From: a bacterium
Lineage (GTDB): Bacteria > Patescibacteriota > Andersenbacteria > UBA10190
Reading direction: 5' to 3'
Length of the DNA stretch: 64,000 bases
Assembly (NCBI GenBank): GCA_030698495.1
Contig: JAUYKA010000008.1
Location: 14,895 to 78,894, forward strand
The notes beneath the pieces are model-generated. The model ran no database searches, was not told the DNA's origin, and was given only the letters and a program-made list of their open reading frames with translations. Positions 11,210-21,098 of the stretch are shown piece after piece. Positions within the stretch are counted from its first letter, which is position 1; each line of letters starts with the position of its first letter. The position numbers and the translations under genes were made by a program.

Positions 11210-13066
11210 ATGTCTAATCTTGGGCAACAAAAAAATAATATACGTATAGTGAGTATTGGTTTGCTAATAATAGGTGTGCTTGCTAGTGTTTTCCAGCTGT
11301 TATATGGCGTGGTTAGTGCTTCTATAGACCGCGATACCTATTTTTTGCTGGCGGCGGGCAGGGAAGTGGCATTAAGTGGAATTCCGCGCCTTCCTTTTTT
11401 TGTGAATAGTACGCCCGGAATCGATATTCTCTTTTGGACACACCAAGTGCCCGCCTTCTTATATGGGGCAATAGTGAAATTTTTGGATGTAAATATTTTT
11501 AGTTTTACCTGGGTTGTCATTGCCCAATTGATACTGACTATGGTTATTAGCTTCTTGTTTTTACGGGAGTTGTTGAAATGGTGTGAGCCGGGACTGGTGC
11601 GCTATGCACCGGTGTTCCTGTTGTTCCTGCTATATGATCCGATATTTAACATTCTTTTCCTGAATATAAAAATGTTTTTGCAATGGGCATATATTTGGTC
11701 TGTCTTAGCCATAATATTTTTAATATGGTTTTGGCATAACCCCCGCGGATGGCGTGGTTTAGTTTGGCTGTTTTTAAGCAGTTGTTCAGTGGCATTAGCT
11801 CCATTATCTTTTATAAGCTTGGGCATTCCGGCGGCACTTGGCATTGCCATCACAGAACTCTTGTTTGTGAGGTGGAGAACAAAAGGAATTTCACGAGAAT
11901 ATGCCATAAAAGCCTTTCTGGCCTGTATTTTAGGCTGGTTTATACCAGTGCTTTTTTTGTTAGTGTATTTGGGTGGTAAGCTGGATCCTGGCCAATGGAA
12001 AACTTTATGGGTTCTGGTTGGCTCTTATGGAGAAAACGCTTCCGTTCTAAGCATAAAACAATATATTCTCCAGCTTGGTTTTTTTGGGAGCACCATGTTT
12101 ATACCGCTACAGGGGTTCAGCTTGCTGCCAATCGGATTAATCTCAATATTTTCTAATTTTGTGCGGCGGCACAGTCTGGCTATCCAGCAGCAGTATTTGG
12201 TGTGGATGTCTTTTGTGTTGGTTGCAGCTTGGTTATTAGCGGCTTCTGTGGGGAGCACGCATTTTGCCAGCCACTTAATGATATGGATTTTGCCCATAAT
12301 GTTAGTGAATATTGCTATTATTTTAGGTTCAAAGAAGAACAGCGACACAAGAGCGATATTTTTGACGGCAGCATCGATTATTATTCTGGGGCAGGCTAGT
12401 TATCACTTAGTGCTTAATTCCTTAAACTATCTGGCAATTGCCGCGGCAGCAGGTGTGACATCGGGGATGATAATAGTTTTGTATTATCAAAAATGGAAAT
12501 TGCCGGTCTTTATAAGTTTGTTTATTTCTTTGTTGTTTTTTGTGCCGGTTGTACAAACAAGGTTAGTTTCCCTACATTCTTTTGCCCCAACGGTTTTACG
12601 GGAGGTCGGACGTGATAAATTATGGTCGTACGATAATTTTTTATTGGCTACTCGTGAAGTAACTAGCCGTTATGTTCAACCAAATGATTGGGTGTTAACT
12701 AATTTACCAGTGACTGAGCTTTTTCCCGAGGGCGTGAAGTTACAAATTCTTTATAACTATCGTGGTTTATTTAGCGGTGCTCGCCTTGAGCCGGGTGATG
12801 TGGCTATTCTTTTTGGTTCTACTGAAGCGAAGAGCATTGCTAATTATCAAAATATGAGTGTAGGTGAAGTATTTTCTTACCGTTTGTTTGAATATGAAAT
12901 ATTGAAGCGAGAAGAACTTTCTGCTGGGCATTATTTGTTAGTTGCTAAGCCAGCGGCCAGTTTAGATGCTAATAAGCAAGTTATTGAAGATGATCGAGCT
13001 GCTTCCAAAAGTGAGGTACGAAATTATTTGCAATGGCGGTTGGAGAACAATTTGCCAATTAAATAG
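11210..13066 (+). CDS. Large polytopic membrane protein of unknown function, a GT-C-like candidate with a C-terminal soluble domain.
   Basis: 618 aa with about 12 predicted TM helices, then a roughly 180-aa hydrophilic C-terminus. The first extracytoplasmic loop contains DRD. I recognise no family motif. Confidence 0.5.
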   Translation: MSNLGQQKNNIRIVSIGLLIIGVLASVFQLLYGVVSASIDRDTYFLLAAGREVALSGIPRLPFFVNSTPGIDILFWTHQVPAFLYGAIVKFLDVNIFSFTWVVIAQLILTMVISFLFLRELLKWCEPGLVRYAPVFLLFLLYDPIFNILFLNIKMFLQWAYIWSVLAIIFLIWFWHNPRGWRGLVWLFLSSCSVALAPLSFISLGIPAALGIAITELLFVRWRTKGISREYAIKAFLACILGWFIPVLFLLVYLGGKLDPGQWKTLWVLVGSYGENASVLSIKQYILQLGFFGSTMFIPLQGFSLLPIGLISIFSNFVRRHSLAIQQQYLVWMSFVLVAAWLLAASVGSTHFASHLMIWILPIMLVNIAIILGSKKNSDTRAIFLTAASIIILGQASYHLVLNSLNYLAIAAAAGVTSGMIIVLYYQKWKLPVFISLFISLLFFVPVVQTRLVSLHSFAPTVLREVGRDKLWSYDNFLLATREVTSRYVQPNDWVLTNLPVTELFPEGVKLQILYNYRGLFSGARLEPGDVAILFGSTEAKSIANYQNMSVGEVFSYRLFEYEILKREELSAGHYLLVAKPAASLDANKQVIEDDRAASKSEVRNYLQWRLENNLPIK

Positions 13067-13102
13067 CTTTTGTTACTTTACATATTTTGATAGACTATTT
13101 TA

Positions 13103-14032
13103 ATGCATAACAGCGAAGCAAAACCGAATGATTGGCTGAGCCGGATAGCTTTTGATGAAACTGTTGCCAACTATACCTCTCAAAGGGGCGAAGACAGGAT
13201 ACTGCAAAAGTTGTTTGAAACAATAGGTATAAAAAATAAGTGGTGTGCGGAGTTTGGGGCGGCTGACGGCAAGCATCGAAGCAATACCTGGTATTGGATA
13301 AATAAGCAGGGGTGGTTTGGTGTGCAGATAGAAGCGGCACGGGATGTTAATTTGGGCTTGAGGATACCTTGGCACGATAGTTTTGAGGCTTTACGGCGCC
13401 GTTACAAGAATAATAAGAAGATTGTGTGCTTCAATAAGTGGGTGGGGACCAAAGGTGAGAACGCATTAGATCAGATTTTTCGAGAGACTGGCATTCCGAA
13501 AGATTTTGATTTGCTTTCAATGGATGTGGATGGCGCCGAGTATGATATTTGGCAAGCGATGGTCGAATATAAGCCGCGAGTGATGGTTATTGAATATGAT
13601 AAAACGATACCGGTAGAAATTGATTTCCATTCGGATCGCGGATCGAGTTTACGGGCGTTGGCGCGATTGGGTAGAGAAAAAGGATATGAGTTGGCGGCGG
13701 CTAATGATTTGAACGGGGTTTTTGTAAGAAAGGAATTTTTTGGGATGCTGGGCATTAGCGACAATGATCCGGCCCGGTTGTGGTCAGGGTATGAACAGTA
13801 CAGGGTTTACGCGCAGAAGAATAATAAGGGGAGCTTAGAATTTTTTGGCCCAAACAATTTAAGGTGGGTTAGCGGCAAGGACGGAACTTTGAGAGGACAG
13901 TTTGAGTCGGGACAATATATCTGGATTAAACCCGGAGAAACTTCTATTAAAAGCAAAAAAGAAAATAGTAAGATGACTTGGTATTTAACGGGGTGGCTGC
14001 GTCACTGGTTTTATTATTTGACGGGAACTTAA
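13103..14032 (+). CDS. FkbM-family SAM-dependent methyltransferase.
   Basis: The N-terminal pattern SQRGEDRIL...WCAEFGAADGKHRSNT...GWFGVQIEA matches the FkbM signature (SQxGED..., fvDvGAnDG..SNT...GW.Gl.iEp). Confidence 0.6.
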   Translation: MHNSEAKPNDWLSRIAFDETVANYTSQRGEDRILQKLFETIGIKNKWCAEFGAADGKHRSNTWYWINKQGWFGVQIEAARDVNLGLRIPWHDSFEALRRRYKNNKKIVCFNKWVGTKGENALDQIFRETGIPKDFDLLSMDVDGAEYDIWQAMVEYKPRVMVIEYDKTIPVEIDFHSDRGSSLRALARLGREKGYELAAANDLNGVFVRKEFFGMLGISDNDPARLWSGYEQYRVYAQKNNKGSLEFFGPNNLRWVSGKDGTLRGQFESGQYIWIKPGETSIKSKKENSKMTWYLTGWLRHWFYYLTGT

Positions 14033-14953
14033 ATGAGGAAAATTGTAGTCTTGCAATCGCCGGCAAAGTTATACGAAGTTGTACCGGTGTTTTATAAAGA
14101 GCTAAACAAAGCTAATTACTTTGATGAATTTTATCTAGCGACAGACAAAAAGGAGCCCCATGGACTTGGTGGTAATGTAAAAGTAATAAATTTAGAGAAA
14201 GATTTAGGATGGGAGGCGAATTTAAAGATTTTACTAGAAAATATTCCGGAAGATATTTTTGTGATGATGTGCGATGATCATGTGACTGTTGGCGAGCAAA
14301 AAGTGGAGCTAGATAAATATTTTGAGGTGATGAAGCAAGCGCCGGAGTTGGGACGTTTGCAGCTTTCTCCTCCCACCAGGAATTATTATAAGTTTTTAAA
14401 GGTTCGCGGGTTGCCGGTTGTGATACCGGACGATAAGAAAGGGTGGTACCCCTACGACAAAAGATATCGCTGGCATCTTAATTTTCAACCATCTATCTGG
14501 CGCAAGGATTTTTTAAGTGAAGTGATCGAAGGCGGCGGCAATAGAAGCCAAATGGAAATTCGAGCAGCGGAGCGGGCAAGAAGAAGCAAGAGATATGTTT
14601 CCGGTTATATTGGCAGTTATGCTTTGCGGTATGAAAATTTTCTGGCCAGTTGCCAGGTTGATCATATTGATTTTACCCATCATCGCAAAAAGAAGACGTC
14701 GGTATATCGGGAGGAGTTTATTCGTTATGCTAAAAGAAACAATTACCAGCTTGATTCAAATAAAATGGCCTATATCAGACAAGCCGGTTTACAGGCTTTA
14801 ATGCCATCAAAATATGCCGTTGACCATTTTGGTGATCGCGAAGCTTATAAAAAATATGCAATCAAAAGAAGTTCGTTGGCTTATCGGTGGTCCAGGCTAA
14901 AGAGGCGTTTAAGGGCGAGAATAGCTCCTTTTATTTCAGTCTCCGGCCGGTAA
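14033..14953 (+). CDS. Hypothetical protein. It could be a nucleotide-sugar transferase-like enzyme but is unassigned.
   Basis: A 306-aa soluble protein. It is translationally adjacent (TAA-ATG) to the FkbM-like gene. It has an acidic FVMMCDDHV segment, and I recognise no family. Confidence 0.4.
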   Translation: MRKIVVLQSPAKLYEVVPVFYKELNKANYFDEFYLATDKKEPHGLGGNVKVINLEKDLGWEANLKILLENIPEDIFVMMCDDHVTVGEQKVELDKYFEVMKQAPELGRLQLSPPTRNYYKFLKVRGLPVVIPDDKKGWYPYDKRYRWHLNFQPSIWRKDFLSEVIEGGGNRSQMEIRAAERARRSKRYVSGYIGSYALRYENFLASCQVDHIDFTHHRKKKTSVYREEFIRYAKRNNYQLDSNKMAYIRQAGLQALMPSKYAVDHFGDREAYKKYAIKRSSLAYRWSRLKRRLRARIAPFISVSGR

Positions 14954-15655
14954 TTGTTTTTGTTTGGGGGTAATGATATGCTGGAACGCATGAAAACAAC
15001 GGTAAAAGACAAAGCGATTAAATTATGGAGGCGCGCTAATGGCCAGCCAAAAAAAATGTTTAATTGGTATGTTTTAGGTAATAAGGCGACCATTCCTCCT
15101 GATTTGTATAAACAGCGGATGGTTAAGAAAATTGGTCGGAAGTCTGGAATTAGGGTGTTTGTAGAGACTGGCACCTATAAGGGGGACATGACTTTGGCGG
15201 CCAGCAGGGTTTTTGAAAAAGTTTATTCCATAGAGTTACACAAGCCTTTTTATGATAAGGCGGTTGAGCGTTTTGCCGGTAATAATCGAGTGGAGATATT
15301 GTATGGAGACAGCGCTTCTGTTGTGAAGGATTTAATGCGTAAAATAGACGAACCTTGCGTCTTTTGGCTAGATGCTCATGGCGGGCAAGCGTCTAAAGAC
15401 GGGGCTGGTATTGAGGGTCCCGCTCCTGTTGATCCTGAATTAAGGGCTATCTTAAACCATTCTAAAGCGGCACAGCATATAATTTTGATTGATGATGCCC
15501 ATACTTTTATCCGTGATCAGAAGTGGGGAAAAGGTGTTTGGGGGCAAATAGAAAATCTGCGTAAAGAATGGCTAGAAAAGCACCCAGAGTGGGTTTGGAA
15601 GATAAAAGATAATGTTGTTCATATTTATAAAACAGGCAATGAGCAACGCTCTTGA
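14954..15655 (+). CDS. Class I SAM-dependent methyltransferase (Methyltransf_24 / CmcI-like).
   Basis: VFVETGTYKGDMTLAA resembles the glycine-rich SAM loop of the Methyltransf_24 family (vEiGtykGgSt). Confidence 0.55.
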   Translation: MFLFGGNDMLERMKTTVKDKAIKLWRRANGQPKKMFNWYVLGNKATIPPDLYKQRMVKKIGRKSGIRVFVETGTYKGDMTLAASRVFEKVYSIELHKPFYDKAVERFAGNNRVEILYGDSASVVKDLMRKIDEPCVFWLDAHGGQASKDGAGIEGPAPVDPELRAILNHSKAAQHIILIDDAHTFIRDQKWGKGVWGQIENLRKEWLEKHPEWVWKIKDNVVHIYKTGNEQRS

Positions 15656-15861
15656 GGACCAAGAAAGTCATGACAATAAAATGCCCGTTTGGCAGCTGAC
15701 TGACGGTACGGTGGTTATACAAAGCGAAGAGGATCCAGCGTTGGCTATCAATCGAGGGCGTATAAAATGGACGACAGACAAGGGCGTTGCTAGAAGAAAG
15801 ACTTTTTTCGAGACGCTAAAGCATTCAGCACGAAAAATACTGGAGCATATTTGATTTAATG

Positions 15862-16530
15862 TTATCTCCAGGGCTTGAGAATATTTCCGGCTATTTTGTT
15901 TAAATAAGAGACAGTTTTAGTCCGCAATAAATATTGGCGGCGGAATTTTTTGATGTCTTGTGTGCTGATATTAAGTGTTCTTGTTCGGGTAACAATTGAA
16001 TATAGTTTGATTAATGAAAGGTCTTTTTCGGTGAAATTAGCGGGTTTAATGACTTTGATAAATACCCCCGGTTTTTTGGAGTCTGACCCCATTTTAACTA
16101 TTTCGCAGTCAGAGAATATTGCCTGAAAGTCTTTTATTTCATAACGCCAGTAATCATCTGGGTACCCGTGATAGCGAAAACCTTTGGATCTAGTGGTAAC
16201 TAATATGATACCTTCCGGTTTACAAACCTGTTTGATGTTTGATATTGTTTCTCGCCAATAGCGAGTATGCTCTATTAATTCGGTGGCTATAACAACATCG
16301 AAACGATTGTTGCCAAATCTTTTTACTAGTTCTTCGGCTTTACAAACTTCGTCTACGTTTGGTCCGGCTTCTATGTCTACGCCGATATATGATTTGGGCT
16401 GGTGTATAGACAGGAGTGGTTTTAGGCTGCCGTTTACGTCGTATGATCCTACCTCGAGGATGTCTTTGTCTTTAATGTCTTCTGGTAACAAGTTGGTGGC
16501 ACCAAACATGACACCGTCCACAGTACACAT
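15862..16530 (-). CDS. Class I SAM-dependent methyltransferase.
   Basis: It has ILEVGSYDVNGS (motif I), FDVVIATELIEH (motif II) and KPEGIILVTT (motif III). Confidence 0.75.
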   Translation of the reverse strand: MCTVDGVMFGATNLLPEDIKDKDILEVGSYDVNGSLKPLLSIHQPKSYIGVDIEAGPNVDEVCKAEELVKRFGNNRFDVVIATELIEHTRYWRETISNIKQVCKPEGIILVTTRSKGFRYHGYPDDYWRYEIKDFQAIFSDCEIVKMGSDSKKPGVFIKVIKPANFTEKDLSLIKLYSIVTRTRTLNISTQDIKKFRRQYLLRTKTVSYLNKIAGNILKPWR

Positions 16531-16628
16531 AGTTAATAGAAATAAAGAAAAAAGAAGCCGTTTGCAATTCTTTATAAAGCTAAGTTACGCTGGTTGGTGG
16601 TGTTAATATTAACAGTTGTTACTGAAAT

Positions 16629-17834
16629 ATGCGAGTAGCTTTGGCGGTGGGGGGAATTAGTTATCTTAAGATTTTTGGATCTTTGATAAAGGAGAGCCAT
16701 AGATTTGGAATAGAGCCGATTATTCTGTATTGGCATCCGGAGAAAGATAGCAAAATTTATGAGAACATAACGGGGGATGCTTTATTGAGAACTTTTCCCG
16801 AACTATCCACCGAACAGTTGCATGAATTTGATCCCGCCAACATAAAGGATGTCCTGATTAGAACAAATTGTCAGGCAGTGTTATTTCTTTCGGCATATAA
16901 GCAATATTGTGACCAACTATCTGAAATAGAAGAGCATAACATTTCTACCTGGCGCCTGGAACATTTTGTGAATTCAATTTATGAAACAGCGAAGACAGAA
17001 TATGGTGCCGACGTAGATATGGCCATGAAGCATCTAACGGGTAAGTTTGTGGCCACTGATTTTTGGAAAAATTTGGAATTTAAAATCAAACCGGAGCTAT
17101 CAGCCGTGGCAGATAAATATTATATAGTTGGAAACTTGGTGGCTGACGTTTATAGGTATATAGAACCGGAAAATGCCAGACGAATTTTAAATATTAAGTC
17201 TAATGAAAAAATAATTACTTTTTTTGCCCCTAATATTAGAAAGCACCATTCTTATTATGTTTGGGGTTGGCGCTCGCAGAAGAAATTAGAAACGTTATTA
17301 AAGGAGCTTAGAAATTATTGTGATGAGTTCGGGTATAAACTAGTTATTAAATCCAGAAGAAAACAGTGGGATAATCCTTTGTATAAGGAATACGCCGACC
17401 ATTTTTTTACTGATGTTGTTAGTGCTGCTTATCCCCATGCGTCAGCTTTATTATTGAGTTTGTCTGAATTAATGGTTCATATGGGCTCCATGGCAGTATT
17501 GGAAGCGGCGGCTGTCAATGTTCCTTCTTTGGGGGTGGGAGTGTCGTCAATTGATAAGTTACACGGCTATATGAGTAAGCGGGCCAGACAAATCATTAAA
17601 AAAGATTTGTTTGGAGAGGAGGAGGGATGTCCGTTTTCCTTTAAGGGTGTGTCGGAGCAGATCTCGGTGAACCGAATTAAGAAGGATCTGCCGGAGAGGT
17701 GTGATAGTTTGATTAACTTGAGGGTTAAAAACATGAATAAAATGTTGGACTACAAAAGTAAATTTATAGGTACGTCCCGGTTGTCGGCGGATCGAATTTG
17801 GGAAGAAATTAAAAAACATCATGCGAGCAGTTAA
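16629..17834 (+). CDS. GT-B-fold-like transferase of unknown family. It is a candidate glycosyl- or glycerophospho-transferase, or the missing nonulosonate transferase.
   Basis: 401 aa. The C-terminal half has SELMVHMGSMAVLEAAAVNVPSL, typical of a GT-B C-domain. I could assign no family. Confidence 0.35.
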   Translation: MRVALAVGGISYLKIFGSLIKESHRFGIEPIILYWHPEKDSKIYENITGDALLRTFPELSTEQLHEFDPANIKDVLIRTNCQAVLFLSAYKQYCDQLSEIEEHNISTWRLEHFVNSIYETAKTEYGADVDMAMKHLTGKFVATDFWKNLEFKIKPELSAVADKYYIVGNLVADVYRYIEPENARRILNIKSNEKIITFFAPNIRKHHSYYVWGWRSQKKLETLLKELRNYCDEFGYKLVIKSRRKQWDNPLYKEYADHFFTDVVSAAYPHASALLLSLSELMVHMGSMAVLEAAAVNVPSLGVGVSSIDKLHGYMSKRARQIIKKDLFGEEEGCPFSFKGVSEQISVNRIKKDLPERCDSLINLRVKNMNKMLDYKSKFIGTSRLSADRIWEEIKKHHASS

Positions 17835-18834
17835 AGAAATTCAAGGGTTGCAGGTGGCAGCTAACGATGTGCTTAATTGGCTTCTTCAGAATAGGTCGAA
17901 AAGACTTAATAAGGAAGAATCATATGTTATGAGTATGTTTCGTCAGCAGTTATTGAAAACATATGAAATTTTACCAGTTGGCAGCAAGGGGCAAACAGTG
18001 AAGCTAAAACAATATCGAGTTCCTACAGAAAAAAAATATTTAGCTATTTATGAACTTCAGCAACAATTTCAAGAATTGAGAAACTATTTTAAAGCAGTGA
18101 TTATTCATGGGAGTTTGGCTGATGGATATGTTGTCGATAATTGGAGTGATGTGGATATTCTAGCAATTGTCAAAGACGATGTTTTTGAAAGTACAGAAAA
18201 ATTTGTAACTCTGCGTAAAAAACTATTATCGCTAGAGGAAGGATTGTATAAGTATGATCCGTGGCAACACCATGGGGTGCAGTACATAAGTGAGTCTGAT
18301 CTGGGTTTTTATCCTGAATATTTTTTACCAATTAATGTTATTAAGGAAGGCAGGTTGTTGGTGGGACAAAGTAGGTTGGTTTTTAATTTACGTGGTTCGG
18401 CGGAAGAACAAAGCGCTCGTTTGTACGCAATAAAAGATTTATTTATGGAGTCGGCTAAAAATGGGGAAATGAAGCATCATGCCAGGGACGGAAAATATCT
18501 TCAAGAAGATTTTCGTATGGCAAAAGATAATTTTTATCAGTTCAAGTATTTTATTTCACTAATTTTGTTGATGCCCAGTTTATTTATTGCGCTAGTTGAT
18601 AAACCGATTGATAAAAGGAAGTCTTTTGAAGTTATAAAGAATTATTTTTCTGAAGGCGATTTGGAATTAATCAGGGCAGGTGAGGAAGCGAGGTCTTTGG
18701 CGCCTGATTTTCATATCAAGAACAACGAAATTCCTCTTATTGTCCAAGAAACTCTTGGTGGGGGTTACTTTAAAAGGGCGAGTAAAATATTGAATCTATT
18801 TGTTAAAGAATATGAGTTACGTAAATCTGCCTAA
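17821..18834 (+). CDS. Polymerase-beta-like nucleotidyltransferase-fold protein.
   Basis: VIIHGSLADGYVVDNWSDVDILAIV matches the hG[GS]x9-13Dh[DE]h nucleotidyltransferase motif. A roughly 200-aa helical domain follows. Confidence 0.5.
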   Translation: MRAVKEIQGLQVAANDVLNWLLQNRSKRLNKEESYVMSMFRQQLLKTYEILPVGSKGQTVKLKQYRVPTEKKYLAIYELQQQFQELRNYFKAVIIHGSLADGYVVDNWSDVDILAIVKDDVFESTEKFVTLRKKLLSLEEGLYKYDPWQHHGVQYISESDLGFYPEYFLPINVIKEGRLLVGQSRLVFNLRGSAEEQSARLYAIKDLFMESAKNGEMKHHARDGKYLQEDFRMAKDNFYQFKYFISLILLMPSLFIALVDKPIDKRKSFEVIKNYFSEGDLELIRAGEEARSLAPDFHIKNNEIPLIVQETLGGGYFKRASKILNLFVKEYELRKSA

Positions 18835-19825
18835 AAAGACCGGATATGAAGTATATCGAGTGTGCGAAGAAGAGTTTGTAGAAACAGCTCGAAAATACGC
18901 GGATATTCTGGCGGTATATTCCGGTGGCACAGTCAAGCATCCGGGAATATCGGATTTAGATTTTATTGTTTTTCTAAAAAATCAACTTTCAGTTCGAATG
19001 GATATAGAAAATCGGTTGCCGCAAAAAGTAGTAAAGATGCTAAAAGGAGGGACGATTTTGAAAATTAACGAAAGGAACATACGTGATATTCAAATTATCG
19101 ACCCGTTGCCCTTAAAGCATTTATATGGAGACAAGTATGTATTCCGTCGATACGATGGCACTACTTTCAGTATTTGTCGTATTCTTGATTGGTTGCCAGA
19201 AAGAATTTTTTCTTTATGGCAATATGTATCGCAAGATAGGCGCGATGTTTCCAGGGGCTTGTTGCTATTAAAATCTCTCACAGTCAGTTTGGACCTGGTG
19301 GATCAGCTAAAAGGCGATGGGGCGTATGCTGCTTATCACGAAGAAGTGCATAGTCTCCGCCGCTTGTGGTTTGTATCAGAAAAATCTTTGGAAAATTTTA
19401 ATATTCTGTTAAAACGGGGTATGTGTTTGGCACAAGAAGCTCTTGATAGTATTTCTTTGTGGCTTGTTGATCAAAAATATATATCAGGTAGCCCCGAATT
19501 TATTAAGGGAGCGGTGTTTGATATTCCAAGTGGGCCTACATTTCATTTTGACCAAAAAACACATATAGTGAGAAGCCGCTTATATATTCCATGGGTAGTT
19601 GCAATATTTTTAGCGCAGCAAGCTCAAAGCGGGAAAGGATATCTGTCTATGAGGCTTAAAAAATCATTTGATACTATCATAGATGCAAATCAATATGATA
19701 TAAATTGGGCGTTTGCTAATACAATAACTAAACGTATTGCGTATGTGGAATCCCTGATTAAATTTTTTCATGACAATGGCCTGTCACGGGGTTTGCTGAA
19801 ATACGGTTGGTATTTAAAAGACTAG
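18800..19825 (+). CDS. Polymerase-beta-like nucleotidyltransferase-fold protein, a paralog of the 17821..18834 gene.
   Basis: AVYSGGTVKHPGISDLDFIVFL is a nucleotidyltransferase motif. Its length and layout match the upstream gene. Confidence 0.5.
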   Translation: MLKNMSYVNLPKKTGYEVYRVCEEEFVETARKYADILAVYSGGTVKHPGISDLDFIVFLKNQLSVRMDIENRLPQKVVKMLKGGTILKINERNIRDIQIIDPLPLKHLYGDKYVFRRYDGTTFSICRILDWLPERIFSLWQYVSQDRRDVSRGLLLLKSLTVSLDLVDQLKGDGAYAAYHEEVHSLRRLWFVSEKSLENFNILLKRGMCLAQEALDSISLWLVDQKYISGSPEFIKGAVFDIPSGPTFHFDQKTHIVRSRLYIPWVVAIFLAQQAQSGKGYLSMRLKKSFDTIIDANQYDINWAFANTITKRIAYVESLIKFFHDNGLSRGLLKYGWYLKD

Positions 19826-19828
19826 GGT

Positions 19829-21097
19829 ATGGATGCTAAAAAAATATACGAACAGCTTTTTTATCTGGATCGCTCACTTATGGGGTCGGCTAATGACAAA
19901 GCTCTTGAATTGATAGGGGCCGAAATACCTTTGAGGATTTATAGTTTTCGCAGCGGCGATAAAGTTTTTGATTGGCAGATTCCTAAAGAGTGGATATTTC
20001 ATTCGGGACACATGGTCGATCAAGATACGGGTAAAACGTTGCTGAATGCTGCCGATAATATACTGCGCGTTGTTAATTACAGCGAGAAATTCCACGGCAC
20101 CGTAGAGTACAAGCAGTTGGTAAAGCATCTTCATTATAGTCATGTCATGCCCAATGCGATCCCTTATCTTACTAGTTATTATGCTAAAAACTGGGGGTTG
20201 TGTATGCCCCAAAAACAATTTCATCAGTTAAACAAGAAACATACGTATAAGGTTGAAATTGATGTCGAACGGAAGAGCGGAGTAATGAATATTGGGGAAG
20301 CGGTAATAAAAGGGAAGTCAGACAAAGAGGTTGTATATTCTTCCTATTTATGTCATCCCAGACAAGCCCATGATGGGTTGTCGGGAGTTGTTATGATGTT
20401 GTTGTTATTCCATCTCTTACGAGATAGCAATAATTATTATACTTATCGTTTTTTATTTATTCCTGAAACGATTGGCAGCATCGCTTTGTTGTCGCGCAAT
20501 ATTATACGTCCTTCTCGGGTGGAATATGCCCTTGTCGTTACGTGTGTCGGCAGGGGAGAGCATATTAATTATAAAAAGACGTTTTTGGCAAACCACACTA
20601 TTGATCGTGTTGTGGAACGAGTGCTTAAGAAAAAGGGAAGAAAATATACAGTGCGAACATTTTGGCCCCAAGGCAGTGACGAGCGACAGTTTTCGAGTCC
20701 AAGCATAAGAATTCCCACCGGGTCTATTATGGGAAATGTTTATCAGGAATACCCCGAATATCATACTTCGGCGGACAATTTGAATTATGTATCTTTGCCT
20801 GCGGTGAAAAAATTTGCTCAATTATACTATCAAGTTGCTAAAGAGTATGAGCAGTACCCTAAATTGATCAATAATCTACCGGGGGGTGAGCCTTTTTTGA
20901 CTAAGTATGGTTTGTATCGTGTATTAGGAGTACCCGGGCATACGTCACAAGAGACAATTCGCAGTTGGATATTGTTTCTGGCCGATGGCAGCCATACAAT
21001 TGTTGATATGGCGGCAGAAACCGGTTTTACTGAACGTGAGCTAAAGCCGTTTGTGGCACAATTACTTAAGATGAAGTTAATAAAAGAAACTGAATAA
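19829..21097 (+). CDS. Hypothetical protein, possibly an M28-peptidase-like (DUF4910-type) domain protein with a C-terminal winged helix.
   Basis: 422 aa. The assignment is from memory of the family (IYSFRSGDKVFDWQIPKEW, FIPETIGSIALL) and is tentative. Confidence 0.35.
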   Translation: MDAKKIYEQLFYLDRSLMGSANDKALELIGAEIPLRIYSFRSGDKVFDWQIPKEWIFHSGHMVDQDTGKTLLNAADNILRVVNYSEKFHGTVEYKQLVKHLHYSHVMPNAIPYLTSYYAKNWGLCMPQKQFHQLNKKHTYKVEIDVERKSGVMNIGEAVIKGKSDKEVVYSSYLCHPRQAHDGLSGVVMMLLLFHLLRDSNNYYTYRFLFIPETIGSIALLSRNIIRPSRVEYALVVTCVGRGEHINYKKTFLANHTIDRVVERVLKKKGRKYTVRTFWPQGSDERQFSSPSIRIPTGSIMGNVYQEYPEYHTSADNLNYVSLPAVKKFAQLYYQVAKEYEQYPKLINNLPGGEPFLTKYGLYRVLGVPGHTSQETIRSWILFLADGSHTIVDMAAETGFTERELKPFVAQLLKMKLIKETE

Positions 21098-21098
21098 A

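Noticed and set aside
15612-15854. An 80-aa ORF downstream of and overlapping the 14954..15655 methyltransferase.
   Set aside because: It has no motif and no obvious ribosome-binding site. It partly overlaps the upstream gene in another frame and may simply fill the 200-bp gap before the convergent gene. It is left uncalled, though a small protein cannot be excluded.
16629-17834. Calling ORF 16629 a TagF-type CDP-glycerol glycerophosphotransferase.
   Set aside because: Only a generic GT-B-like C-terminal segment is visible. The TagF catalytic His context cannot be verified by eye, so it is kept as an unassigned GT-B-like protein.
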